From: Mobula hypostoma
Lineage: Eukaryota
Reading direction: 5' to 3'
Assembly: GCF_963921235.1 (NCBI RefSeq)
Contig: NC_086101.1
Location: 124,001-188,000, forward strand
DNA: 64,000 bases
The position numbers and the translations under genes were made by a program. Within the stretch, counting starts at the first letter, position 1; each line of letters begins with the position of its first letter. Of the stretch, positions 1-11,952 are shown one piece after another. A model generated the notes under the pieces. It searched no databases and had not been told where the DNA came from. It was given only the letters and a program-made list of their open reading frames with translations.

Positions 1-186
1 TCTGCTCCTGGAGATTTCCTAACTACTGGGTTCTCTCCCATCCCCAGCTGATTGACAGTGATGAACCCATCGATGGCAATGCCAATGAACACGAAGGGGT
101 GGGTAGTAGTTATTCTGATCGAGTGTGACACTTTTGTGATGTGAAAGCCACAAGTCACTTGTCATCGAGGACAAAGGTGCTTCATG
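1..186 (-). mobile_element. Old degraded LINE fragment
   Basis: Reverse strand 'ttcattggcattgccatcgatgggttcatcactgtcaatcagctgggg' resembles post-RT LINE sequence recalled from elasmobranch genomes; no open frame. Confidence 0.35.
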
Positions 187-197
187 TCATTATTTAC

Positions 198-388
198 CCA
201 GAGAGAACTAAATCTGACGTATGGATTTCTTTTTGCCATGCAGCGCTAATTGACATTTTCACTGACTGGAAGGTGAACTCTTCATCCGAAAGTAACTGGA
301 CACTATATATTTGTTCCGAGTTACTCATCCTCGGATTTACATGGCTGGCGGTCGGCAGTGTTTGAGACATATTCTCCGAGGACAATGC
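198..388 (-). CDS. Candidate host coding exon, product unknown
   Basis: Non-repetitive with several retained CpGs. Open frame from ATG at 370 (MSQTLPTASHVNPRMSNSEQ...DLVLS) runs to a GG|GTAAAT donor at 197-196; weak acceptor 'ctaccag' at ~389. Confidence 0.3.
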
Positions 389-399
389 TGGTAGTGTCA

Positions 400-778
400 A
401 CCTTCCGTTAAGGTCCCACCTTCCCTTAGTACCCCATCCCTTATTTTTTTTATTATTATTTTGTTTATTTTTCTCTTTCCCTTTTTTTCTCTCTCTTTTT
501 TCTCCCTCTGTCCCTCTCACTATAACTCCTTGCCCATCCTCTGGGCTTTCCCCCCCTCCTTTCTTCATGTCGAGGCCTCCTGTCCCATGATCCTCTCACT
601 TCTCCAGCCTCGTAACCCTTTTGCTAATCAACTTTCCAGCTCTTGGCTCCATCCCTCCACCTCCTGTCTTCTCCTATCATTTCGGATCTCCCCCTCCCCG
701 TCCCACTTCCAAATCTCTTACTATCTCTTCTTTTAGGTTGTCCTGACGAAGGGTCTCGGCCCGAAATGTCAACTGTAT
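400..778 (+). mobile_element. Penelope-type terminal repeat, first part, ending in a hammerhead-like motif
   Basis: Pyrimidine-rich tract followed by gtcCTGACGAagggtctcggcccGAAAtgtc; continues at 6404. Confidence 0.7.
738..775 (+). ncRNA. Minimal hammerhead ribozyme motif, CpG-decayed
   Basis: CTGACGA (743-749), extra A, stem II GGG/CCC, GAAA (763-766), then TGTC. Confidence 0.55.
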
Positions 779-1818
779 ATAGGAACATAGAAAATAGGTG
801 CAGGAGTAGGCCATTCGAGCCTGCACTGCCATTCAGTAGGATCACAGCTGATCATCCAACTCAGAACCCTGTACCTGCCTCCTCTCCACACCCGCTGATC
901 CCTTTAGCCACAAGGGCCATATCTAACACCCTCTTAAATATAGCCAATGAACTGGCCTCAACTGTTTCCTGTGGCAGAGAATTCCACAGATTCACCACTG
1001 TCTGTGAGAAGAAGTTTTTCCTCATCTCGATCCTAAAAGGCTTCCCCTTTATCCTCAAACTGTGACCCCTTGTCCTGGAAAGATATCTGTTTTCCTGTTC
1101 TTGCCACCAAAGTGGATAATCTCACATTTAACCACATTAAATTGCATCTGCCATGAATTTGCCCACTCACCTAACCTATCCAAGTCACCCTGCATCTGTC
1201 AGCATCCTCCTCACAGCTAACACTGCCGCCCAGCTTCGTGTCATCCGCAAACTTGGAGATGCTGCATTTAATTCCCTCATCTAAGTCATTAATATATATT
1301 GTAAACAACTGGGGTCCCAGCACTGAGCCTTGCGGTACCCCGCTAGTCACTGCCTGCCATTCTGAAAAGGTCCCGTTTATTCCCACTCTTTGCTTCCTGT
1401 CTGCCAACCAATTCTCTATCCACATCAATACCATACCCCCAATACTGTGTGCTTTAAGTTTGCACACTAATCTCCTGTGTGGGACCTTGTCAAAAGCCTT
1501 TTGAAAATCCAAATATACTGCATGCACTGGTTCTCCCCTACCCACTCTACTAGTCACATCCTCAAAAAAATTCTATGAGATTCGTCAGACATGATTTTCC
1601 TTTCACAAATCCATGCTGACTTTGTCCGATGATTTCAACGCTTTCCAAATGTGCTGTTATCACATCTTTGATAACTCACTCTAGCATTTTCCCCACCACC
1701 GATGTCAGGCTAACCGGTCTATACTTCCCCGGTTTCTCACTCCCTCCTTTTTTAAAAAGCGGGGTTACATTAGCCACCCACCAATCCTCAGGAACTAATC
1801 CAAAATCTTAAGAGTTTT
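779..1818 (-). mobile_element. CR1 family A, outer copy, 3' part (RT and 3' UTR, internal deletion near 1080)
   Basis: [21 protein letters not shown] and KFADDTK motifs; 3' hairpin and tail at 779-830. Confidence 0.9.
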
Positions 1819-4800
1819 AGAAAATAGGTGCAGGAGTAGGCCATTTGGCCCTTCGAGCCTGCACCGCCATTCAGTATGATCATGGCTGATCATCCAACTC
1901 AGAACCCTGTACCAGCCTTCCCTCTATACCTCCGATCCCTTTAGTCACAAGGGCCGTATCTAACTCCCTCTTAAATATAGCCAATGAACTGGCCTCAACT
2001 GTTTCCTGTGGTCGAGAATTCCACAGATTCACCACTCTCTGTGTGAAGAAGTTTTTCCTCATCTCGATCCTAAAAGGCTTCCCCTTTATCCTCAAACTGT
2101 GACCCTTCGTTCTGGACTTCCCCAACATCGGGAAAAATCTTCCTGCATCTAGCCTGTCCAATCCCTTTAGGATTTTATATGTTTCAATAAGATCCCCCCT
2201 CAATCTTCCAAATACCAACGAGTATAAGCCTAGTCGATCCAGTCTTTCATCATATGAAAGTCCTGCCATCCCAGGAATCAATCTGGTGAACCTTCTTTGT
2301 ACTCCTTCTATGGGAAGAATGTCTTTCCTCAGAGTAGGGGACCAAAACTGCACACAATACTCCAGGTGTGGTCTCACCAAGGCCTTGTACAACTGCAGTA
2401 GTACCTCCCTGCTCCTGTACTCGAATGCTCTTGCTATGAATGCCAGCATACCATTCGCCTTTTTCACCGCCTGCTGTACCTGCATGCCCACTTTCAACGA
2501 CTGGTGTGTAATGACACCCAGGTCTCATTGCACCTCCCCTTTCCCTAATCGGCCACCATTCGGATAATAATCTGTTTTCCTGTTTTTGCCACCAAAGTAG
2601 ATAACCTCACATTTATCCACATTAAGTTGCATCTGCCATGAATTTGCCCAATCACCTAACCTATCCAAGTCACCCTGCGTCCTCTTAGCATCCTCCTCAC
2701 AGCTAACACTGCCGCCCAGCTTTGTGTCATCCGCAAACTTGGAGATGCTGTATTTAATTCCCTCATCTAAGTCATTAATATATATTGTAAACAACTGGGG
2801 TCCCAGCACTGAGCCTTGCAGTACCCCGCTAGTCACTGCCTGCCATTCTGAAAAGGTCCCGTTTATTCCCACTCATTGCTTCCTGTCTGCCAACCAATTC
2901 TCTATCCACGTCAATACCATACCCCCAATACTGTGTGCTTTAAGTTTGCACACTAATCTCCTGTGTGGGACCTTGTCAAAAGCCTTTTGAAAATCCAAAT
3001 ATACCACATCCACTGGTTCTCTACTATCCCTCTACTAGTCACATCCTCAAAAAAATACTATGAGATTCGTCAGACATGATTTGCCTTTCACAAATCCATG
3101 CTGACTTTGTCTGATGATTTCACCGCTTTCCAAATGTGCTGTTATTGCATCTTTGATAACTGACTCTAGCATTTTCCCCACCACCGATGTTAGGCTAACC
3201 GGTCTATAATTCCCCGGTTTCTCTCTCTCTCCTTTTTTAAAAAGCAGGGTTACATTAGCCACCCTCCAATCCTCAGGAACTAGTCCAGAATCTAAAGAGT
3301 TTTGAAAAATTATCACTAATGCAGCCACTGTTTCTTGGGCTACTTCCTTAAGTACTCTGGGATGCAGACCATCTGGCCCTGGGGATTTATCTGCCATTAA
3401 TCCCTTCAAATTACCGAACACCACTTCCCTACTAACATGTATTTCCCTCAGTTCTTCCATCTTACTGGACCCTCTGTCGCCTACTATTTCCAGAAGATTA
3501 TTTATGTCCTCCTTAGTGAAGACAGAACCAAAGTAGTTATTCAATTGGTCTGCCATGTCCTTGTTCCTCATAAGCAATTCACCTGTTTCTGTCTGTAGGG
3601 GACCTACATTTGTCTTAACCAATCTCTTTCTTTTCACATATCTATAAAAGCTATTACAGTCAGTTTTTATGTTCCCTTCCAGTTTTCACTCATAATCTTT
3701 TTTCCCTTTTCTCATTAAGCCCTTTGTCCTCCTCTGCTGAACTCTGAATTTCTCCCAGTCCTCAGGTGAGCCACTTTTTCTGGCTAATTTCTATGCTTCT
3801 TCTTTGGAATTGATACTATCCCTAATTTCCCTTGTCAGCCTCAGGTGCACTACCTTCCCTGATTTATTCTTTTGCCAAACTGGGATGAACAATTGTTGTA
3901 GTTCATCCATGCAATCTTTAAACGCTTGCCGTTGCATATCCACTGTCAACCCTTTAAGTATCATTTGCCAGTCTATCTTAGCTAATTCATGTCTCATACC
4001 TTCAAAGTTACCCTTCTTTAAGTTCAGAACCTTTGTTACTGAATTAACTATGTCATTCTCCAACTTAATGAAGAATTCCACCATATTATGATCAATCTTA
4101 CCCAAGGGGCCTCTCACGACAAGATTGCTAATTAACCCTTCCTCATTGCTCAATACCCAGTCTAGAATAGTCTGCCCTCTAGTTGGTTCCTCGACATGTT
4201 GGTTCAAGAAACCATCCCGTATACGTTCCAAGAAATCCTCTTCCTCAGCACCCTTACCAATTTGGTTCACCCAATCTATATGAGGATTGAAGTCGCCCAT
4301 TAGAACTGCTGTTCCTTTATTGCACGCATTTCTAATTTCCTGTTTAATACCATCCCCAACCTCAGTACTACTGTTAGGTGGCCTGTACACAACTCCCACC
4401 AGTGTTTTCTGCCTTATAGTGTTATGCAGCTCTACCCATATCGATTTCACATCCTCCCGGCTAATGTCCTTCCTTTCTATTGCGTTAATCTCCTCTCTGA
4501 CCGGCAATGCTACCCCACCTCCTTTTCTTTCATGTCTGTCCCTCCTGCATATTGAATATCCTTGAATGTTGAGCTCCCATCCTTGGTGAACCTGGCGCCA
4601 TGTCTCTGTGATCCCAACTATATCATATTCATTAATAACAATCTGCACTTTTAATTCATACACCTTGTTATGAATGCTCCTTGCATTGACAAACAAAGCC
4701 TCCAGGCTTGCTTTTGCAACACTCTTGACCCTTATACAATTATGTTGAAAAGTGGCCCTTTTTGATTTTTGCCCTGGATTTGCCAGCCTGCCACTTTTAC

Positions 4801-5916
4801 TTTTCAGCTTACTATATTTTGTTTCTACCCTCATTTTACAACCCTCTGTCTCTCTGCACTGGTTCCCATCCCCCTGTTGTGAACTAACCTCCTCTCTCCT
4901 AGTCTCTTTAAATTGATTCCCACCCCCCCAACCATTCCAGTTTAAAGTCAGCTCAGTAGCCCTCGCAAATCTCCCCACCAGGATATTGGTCACCCTAGGA
5001 TTCAACCTGCACCAAAAGAGGTCCCAATGATCCAAAAACTTGAATCCCTGCCCCCTGCTCCAATCCCTCAGCCACACATTTATCCTCCACCTCACTGCAT
5101 TCCTACTCTCACTGTCGCGTAGCACAGGTAGTAATCCCAAGTTATTACCTTTGTGGTCCTTTTTCTCAACTCCCTTCCTAACTCCCTATATTCTCCTTTC
5201 AGGACCTCTTCCCTTTTCCTATCTATGTCATTGGTACCTATATGTAATACGACCTCTGGCTCCTCAGCCTCCCACCGAGTCTGTGGTGACCACTGCTATC
5301 ATGTTTGCTGTTGTGTGCTGGGGCAGCAGGCTGAGGGTAGCAGACACCAACGGAATCAACAAACTCATTTGTAAGGCCAGTGATGGAACTGGACTCTCTC
5401 ACGGTGGTGTCTGAAAAGAGGATGCTGTCTAAGTTGCATGCCATCTTGGTCAATGTCTCCCATCCACTACATAATGTACTGGGTGGGCACAGAAGTACAT
5501 TCAGCCAGAGACTCATTCCTCCGAGATGCAGCACAGAGCATCAGAGGAAGCCGTTCCTGCCCGTGGCCATCAAACTTTACAACTCCTCCGTTGGAGGGTC
5601 AGACACCCTGAGCCGATAGGCTGGTCCTGGACTTATTTCATAATTTACTGGCATAACTTACATATTACTATTTAACTATTTATGGTTCTGTTACTATTTA
5701 TTATTTATGGTGCAACTGTAACAAAAACCAATTTCCCCCAGGATCAGTGAAGTATGACTATGACTACTTCAGGATATCTTGGAAGCGATCAGAAATATCC
5801 TGTACCTTGGCACCAGGGAGGCAAACTACCATCCGGGTCTCTGGACTGCGTCCACAGAATCGCCAATCTGACACCCTTACTATCGAGTCCCCTATTCTTA
5901 CTGCTCTCCTCTTCCT
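1819..5916 (-). mobile_element. CR1 family A, inner copy (ORF1 esterase end, APE, RT, 3' UTR), disrupted
   Basis: ORFs 3791-5140 (NARSI, GITETW, GDFN), 3047-3637, 2525-2872 and 1880-2497; IGDS esterase motif near 5880. Confidence 0.92.
5278..5766 (+). mobile_element. Rex1/Babar LINE 3' fragment
   Basis: AIMFAVVCWGSRLRVADTN; (TATGAC)n tail; interrupts CR1-A ORF1. Confidence 0.85.
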
Positions 5917-6403
5917 TTGAAAAATTATCACTAATGCATCCACTATTTCTTGGGCTACTTCCTTAAGCACTCTGGGATGCAGATCATCTGGCCCTGGGGA
6001 TTTATCTGCCTTTAATCCCTTCAATTTACCTAACACCACTTCCCTACTAACATGCATTTCCCTCAGTTCCTCCATCTCACTAGACCCTTGGTCCTCAATT
6101 TCCAGAAGATTATTTATGTCCTCCTTAGTGAAGGCAGAGCCAAAGTAGTTATTCAAATGGTCTGCCATGTCCTTGTTCCCCATGATCAATTCACCTGTTT
6201 CTGACTGCAAGGGACCTACATTTGTCTTAACGAATCTTTTTCTTTTCACATATCTATAAAAGCTTTTACAGTCAGTTTTTATGTTCCCTGCCAGCTTTCT
6301 CTCATAGTCTTTTTTCTCTTTCCTAATTAAGCCCTTTACCCTCCTCTGCTGGACTCTGAATTTCTCCCAGTCCTCAGGTGTGCTGCTTTATCTGGCTAAT
6401 TTG
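5917..6403 (-). mobile_element. CR1 family A, outer copy, 5' part
   Basis: KSPGPD.LHPRVLKE; joins the sequence broken at ~1818 (gagtttt|gaaaaattatcac). Confidence 0.85.
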
Positions 6404-6478
6404 TACCTCTTCCTATAGATGCTGCCTGCCCTGCTGTGTCCAGCAGGTGTGTGTGTGTGTATATATATGTGTGTGTTG
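6404..6478 (+). mobile_element. Penelope-type repeat, second part, with (GT)n expansion
   Basis: 'acctcttcctatagatgctgcctg...ccagca' is similar to the reverse complement of the post-hammerhead sequence in the copies at 6862-6960 and 7040-7090. Confidence 0.7.
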
Positions 6479-6519
6479 GTTCAACTATTGGTGCCACTTT
6501 ATCCAGATGCCCCCACGAA

Positions 6520-6860
6520 CAAGGAAGATCCAAGGACTCAGCGATGCGCATGCGCCGCAGAACTGGCGGCGCCAGCTCACATCAGCTGGAAGATCCCCGT
6601 GGATCGGGTAAATCGCCGGGGCTGAGACACAGGGAAAGGACTGGGACTGTACTGAGGTGCAGGAGCTTCTAGCAATTTTTCTTCAATCGCGGTTCAGACG
6701 CCGGTGATTAAGTACCCGCCCGCATCCCACTCCTACCTGCGTCCCATTCAAGAGAGCCTCCCGTCGGCTGAGCGCATGCGCAATATTCGGGCTAAAATAT
6801 GACACCCACGCATGCGCATTACTTTAAACTGGCGCAAAACTGCAGATGCGGACTTCCAAA
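6520..6860. promoter_or_regulatory. CpG-rich promoter with three NRF1 palindromes
   Basis: GCGCATGCGC-type sites at 6545-6555, 6772-6782 and 6808-6818; dense CpGs; candidate splice donors at 6608 (+) and 6736 (-). Confidence 0.7.
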
Positions 6861-7000
6861 GCAACACCCACAAAATGCTGGAGGAAATCAGGGGAGCAGG
6901 TAGCGTCTCTCGATAGGAGTGAACAGTGGATGTTTCAGGCCGAGACCCTTTTTCAGGGCTTGAAAGGAAGGGAGGGTGTCAGAATGTGAGGTGGGGGAAG
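6860..7000 (-). mobile_element. Penelope-type repeat with degenerate hammerhead
   Basis: caaaatgctggaggaa...tgtttcaggccgagacccttttcagg. Confidence 0.7.
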
Positions 7001-7002
7001 GT

Positions 7003-7742
7003 AAACACAAAATAATCTGCAGATGCAGGGCTCAAAGGAACACGCTGGAGGAACTCAGCAGGTCGGGCATCATCCATGGAAAAGATCGGTGACGTTTCGG
7101 GCCGGAACCCTTCGTCAGGACTGCTATCCTGCTATCATGTTTGCTGTTGTGTGCTAGGGCAGCAGGTTGAGGATAGCAGACACCAACAGAATCAACAAAC
7201 TCATTCGTAAGGCCAGTGATGTTGTGGGGATGGAACTGGACTTTCTGACGGTGTTATCTGAAAAGAGGATGCTGTCTAAGTTGCATGCCATCTTGGGCAC
7301 TGTCTCCCATTCACTGCAAACGTACTGGTTGCGCGCAGGAGTACATTCAGCCAGAGACTCATTCCGCCAAGATGCAACACAGAGCGTCACAGGAAGTCAT
7401 TACTGCCTGTGGCCATCCCCTTGGAGGGTCAGACACCCTGAGCCAATAGGCTGGTCCTGGACTTATTTCCTGGCATAATTTACATATTACTATTTAACTA
7501 TTTATGGTTTTATTACTATTTAATTATTTATGTTGCAACTGTAACGAAAACCAATTTCCTCCAGGATCAATAGAGTATGACTATGACTATAAAGAAGGTG
7601 GGTGGAGGGTGGGAAGGAGAAGGCTGGTAGGTTCCAGGTGAAAAACCAGTAAGGGGAAAGATAAAGGGGTGGGGGAGGGGAGGCAGGGAGGTGATGAGCA
7701 GGAAAGGTGAGGAAAGAATAGGGGAAAACACAATGGGTAGTA
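7003..7742 (-). mobile_element. Penelope-type repeat split by Rex insertion; hammerhead core at 7087-7122
   Basis: Reverse strand agtcCTGACGAagggttccggcccGAAAcgtc; purine-rich continuation at 7590-7742. Confidence 0.7.
7128..7589 (+). mobile_element. Rex1/Babar 3' fragment
   Basis: Same sequence as 5278-5766; aatagagtatgactatgactat tail. Confidence 0.85.
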
Positions 7743-10000
7743 GAAACCATAGAAAAACTACAGCACAGAAACAGGCCTTTTGGCCCTTCTTGGCTGTGCT
7801 CAACTATTTTCTACCTAGTCCCACTGACCTGCACACGGACCGTATCCCTCCACACATCCTCTCATCCATGTATCTGTCCAATTTATTTCAAAATGTTAAA
7901 AAAGAACCCGCATTTACCACCTCGATTGGCAGCTCATTCCATACTCCCACCACTCTCTGTGTGAAGAAGCCCCCCTCTAATGTTCCCTTTAAACTTTCCC
8001 TCCCTCACCCTTAACCCATGTCCTCTGTTTTTTTCTCCCCTTGCCTCAGTGGAAAAAGCCTGCTTGCATTCACTCTATCTATACCCATCATAATTTTATA
8101 TACCTCTATCAAATCTCCCCTCATTCATCTACGCTCCAGGGAATAAAGTCCTAACCTATTCAACCTTTCACTGTAACTGAGTTTCTCAAGTCCCGGCAAC
8201 ATCCTTGTAAACCTTCTCTGCACTCTTTCAACCTTATTAATATCCTTCCTGTTGGTGACCAAAACTGAACACAATACTCCAGATTCGGCCTCACCAATGC
8301 CTTATACAACCTCATCATAACATTCCAGCTCTTATTCTCAATACTTTGATTAATAAAGGCCAATGTTCGAAAAGCTCTCTTTACGACCCTATCTACCTGT
8401 GACGCCACTTTTAGGGAATTTTGTAGCTGTATTCCCAGATCCCTCTGTTCTACTGCACTCCTCAGTGCCTTACCATTTACGCTGTATGTTCTACCTTGGT
8501 TTGTCCTTCCAAAGTGCAAAATCTCACACTTATCTGTATTAAACTCCATCTGCCATTTTCAGCCCATTTTTCCAGCTGGTCCAAGTCCCTCTGTAGGCTC
8601 TGAAAACCTTCCTCTCTGTCCACTGCACTTCCAATCTTTGTATCATCAGCAAATTTACTGATCCAATTTACCATATTATCATCCAGATCATTGATATAGA
8701 TGACAAATAACAATGGACTCAGCACTGATCCCTGTGGCACACCACTAGTCACAGGCCTCCACTCTGAGAAGCAATTCTCTACTACCGCTCTTTGGCTTCT
8801 TCCATTGAGCCAATGTCGAATCCAATTTACCACCTCTCCATGTATACCTTGCAACTGAATTTTCCTAACTAACCTCCCATGCGGGACCTTGTCAAAGGCT
8901 TTACTGAAGTCCATGTAGACAACATCCACTGCCTTCCCTTCATCCACTTTCCTGGTAACTTCCTCGAAAAACTCCAATTGGTTGGTCAAACATGACCTAC
9001 CACGCACAAAGCCATGTTGACTCTCCCTAATAAGTCCGTGTCTATCCAAATGCTTGTAGATTCTGTCTTTTAGTACACCCTCCAATAACTTACCCACTAC
9101 CGACGTCAAACTTACCGGCCTATAATTTCCCGGATTTCTTTTCGATCATTTCTTAAACAACGGAACAACATGAGCTACTCTCCAATTCTCCGGCACCTCA
9201 CCCGTAGACACCGACATTTTAAATATATTTGCCAGGGCCCCTGCAGTTTCAACACTAGTCTCCTTCAAGGTCCGAGGGAACACCCTGTCAGGTCCCGGGG
9301 ATTTATTTACTTTAATTTGCCTCAAGATAGCAAGCACCTCCTCCTTTTCAATCTGTACAGTTTCCATGATCTCACTACTTGTATCCCTTAATTCCATAGA
9401 CTTCATGCCAGTTTCCTTAGTAAATACAGATGCAAAAAACCTATTTAAGGTCTCCCCCATTTCCTTTGGTTCCGCACATAGCCGACCACTCTGATCTTCA
9501 AGAGGACCAATTTTATCCCTTACAATCCTTTTGCTCTTAATATACCTGTAAAAGCTCTTCAGATTATCCTTCACTTTGACTGCCAAGGCAACCTCATGTC
9601 CTCTTTTAACCCTCCTGATTTCTTGCTTAAGTATTTTCTTGCACTTCCTATATTCCTCAAGCACCTTATTTACTCCCTGCTTCCTATACATGTGATACAA
9701 CTCCCTCTTCTTCTTTATGAACCAAGGTTCCTTATTCTTATTCACTTTGCCTTTAATCCTGACAGGAACATACAAACTCTGCACTCTCAAAATTTCTCCT
9801 TTGAAGGCTTCCCACCTACCGATCACATCCTTGCCAGAGAACAACCTGTCCCAATCCACACTTTTTAGATCCTTTCTCATTTCTTCAAATTTGGCTTTCT
9901 TCCAGTTAAGAACCTCAACTCTAGGACCAGATCTATCCTTGTCCATAATCAAATTGAAACTAATGGTGTTATGATCACTGGAGCCAAAGTGCTCTCCTAA
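7742..10000 (-). mobile_element. CR1 family C, 5'-truncated
   Basis: ORFs 9146-9952, 8477-9109 (YMDFSKAFDKV, KFADDTK) and 8160-8549; tail at 7742. Confidence 0.92.
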
Positions 10001-10004
10001 ACAG

Positions 10005-11485
10005 AGTACACTCTGGCCCTACATTCACCCTTAGAACACCTGGAGAATAAAGATGCATATGTAAGGCTCCTTTTCATTGACTACAGCTCTGCCTTTAATA
10101 CCATCATTCAAAATAAACTGATTCCTAAGCTCCAGAACCTGGGCCTTAGCACTCAGATTGGCAGCTGGATCTTCAACTTCCTCACAGACAGGAGCCAGGC
10201 TGTAAAAATAGGGGACAGGCTCTCCTCTGCAATCACTCTGAGCACCGGTGCCCCACAAATATGTGTACTCATCACCCTGCTGTATACACTGTACACCCAT
10301 AATTGTGCAGCCAAGTTTCCATCGAAATGAATATATAAGTTTGCTGATGACACCACAGTTGTAGGCTGTATCTCGGGTAATGATGAGTTTGAGTGCAGAG
10401 AGGAAATTAAGAACCTGGTGGCATCGTGCGAAGACAATAACCTATCCCTCAACGTCAGCAAGACGAAGGAATTGGTTGTTGACTTCAGAAGGTGTAGCGG
10501 ACCGCACAACCCAATTTACGTCGGTGGTGCACAAGTGGAACAGGTCAAAAACTTTAAGTTCCTCGGGGTCAAATCACATATGACCTGACCTCGTCCAACG
10601 AAGCAAAGTCCACTGCTAAGAAGGCCCACCAGCGCCTTTACTTCCTGAGAAAGCTAAAGAAATTTGGCCTGTCTCCTAAAACACTGACTAATTTTTATAT
10701 GTTGTTGTTTGTCCATCGTAGACGTCGATGAGGACCTCGACACCATAATGATGGTGTCGAGACTAGCGCATGATTTGGATTTAAGTGAGGGAGAATTGCG
10801 CAGCGACAGCCTCACTCTCTCTTCCCAATTCCCATCTGTGTCCAGTGGCAAGACAGAGTCTAGACGGCTGGAGATGGGACTAGGCGCAGTGGATGACCAG
10901 GACATCTTCTTTATAGATGTCAATTTTTATAGATGCACTGTAGAAATCATTCTTCTAGAGTGCATCACAACCTGGTATGGAAGTTGTCCTGTCCAAGACT
11001 GGAAGAAGCTGTAAAAGGACATGAACACGGCGCAGCACATCACATAAACCAATCTTCCGTCCTTGGACTCATTTTAAACCGCACGCTGTCAGAGCAGTGC
11101 TGCCAGGATAATCAAGGACACGACCCACTCAGCCAACACACTTTTCATCCCTCTTCCCTCCGGGAGAAGGCTCAGGAGCTTGAAGACTCGTATGACCAGA
11201 TTTGGGAATAGCTTCTTTCCAACTGTGATAAGACTGCTGAACGGATCCTGACCCGGATCTGGGCCGTACCCTCCAAATATCCGGACCCGCCTCTCAGTTT
11301 CTTTTTTGGACTACCTTACTTTCCCTTTTCTATTGTCTGTTTATGATTTATAGTTTAAATTTTTACTATTTACTATCAATTTGTACTCCAGGGAGGGCGA
11401 ATGGCAGAATCAAGTATCGCTGTAATGATTGTACTCTCTAGTATCAATTGTTTGGCGACAATAAAGTAAAGTAAAGTAAAGTAAA
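10005..11485 (+). mobile_element. Rex1/Babar, second family, 5'-truncated
   Basis: [14 protein letters not shown] and KFADDTT in decayed frames; (AAAGT)n tail. Confidence 0.85.
10700..10910 (-). mobile_element. RTE-related 3' end or SINE with (CAA)n tail
   Basis: Inserted in Rex with 'aatttttata' on both sides; reverse strand ends gatggacaaacaacaac; internal hairpins. Confidence 0.6.
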
Positions 11486-11894
11486 TAATAAAGATCATAA
11501 GACCATAAGACAAAGGAGCAGAAGTCGGCCATTCGGCCCATCAAGTCTGCTCCGCCATTTTATCATAAGCTGATCCATTCTCCCATTTAGTTCCACTCCC
11601 CCGCCTTCTCAGCATAACCTTGGATGCCTTGGCTACTCAGTTACCTATCAATCTCTGCCTTAAATACACCCAGTGATTTGGCCTCTACTGCTGGCCGTGG
11701 CAACGAATTCCATAGATTCACCACCCTCTGGCTAAAAAAGGTTTTTCGCATTTCTGTTCTGAATGGGCGCCCTTCAATTCTTAAGTCATGCCCTCTCATA
11801 TTAGACTCCCCCATCACATCCACTCTGTCCATGCCTTTCAAGAATCAAGATGTTTCTATGACGTCTCCCCTCATTCTTCTAAACTCCAAGGAAT

Positions 11895-11952
11895 CCGGTG
11901 CAGGCTCGAAGGGCCGAATGGTCTACTTCTGCACCTATTGTCTATTGTCTAT
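11895..11952 (+). mobile_element. Minimal CR1 family F 3' end (hairpin plus tail only)
   Basis: aagggccgaatggtct hairpin, (TATTGTC)n tail, 'gaat' on both sides. Confidence 0.75.

Noticed and set aside
194..568. Lys/Gly/Glu-rich N-terminus of the 124-aa ORF
   Set aside because: Translation of a low-complexity repeat tract; only 198-388 is kept as a candidate exon.
5764..6249. Apparent ORF2-to-ORF1 fusion ORF (also 39721-40158, 53223-54026, 31568-32221)
   Set aside because: Chance in-frame joins across nested-insertion junctions.
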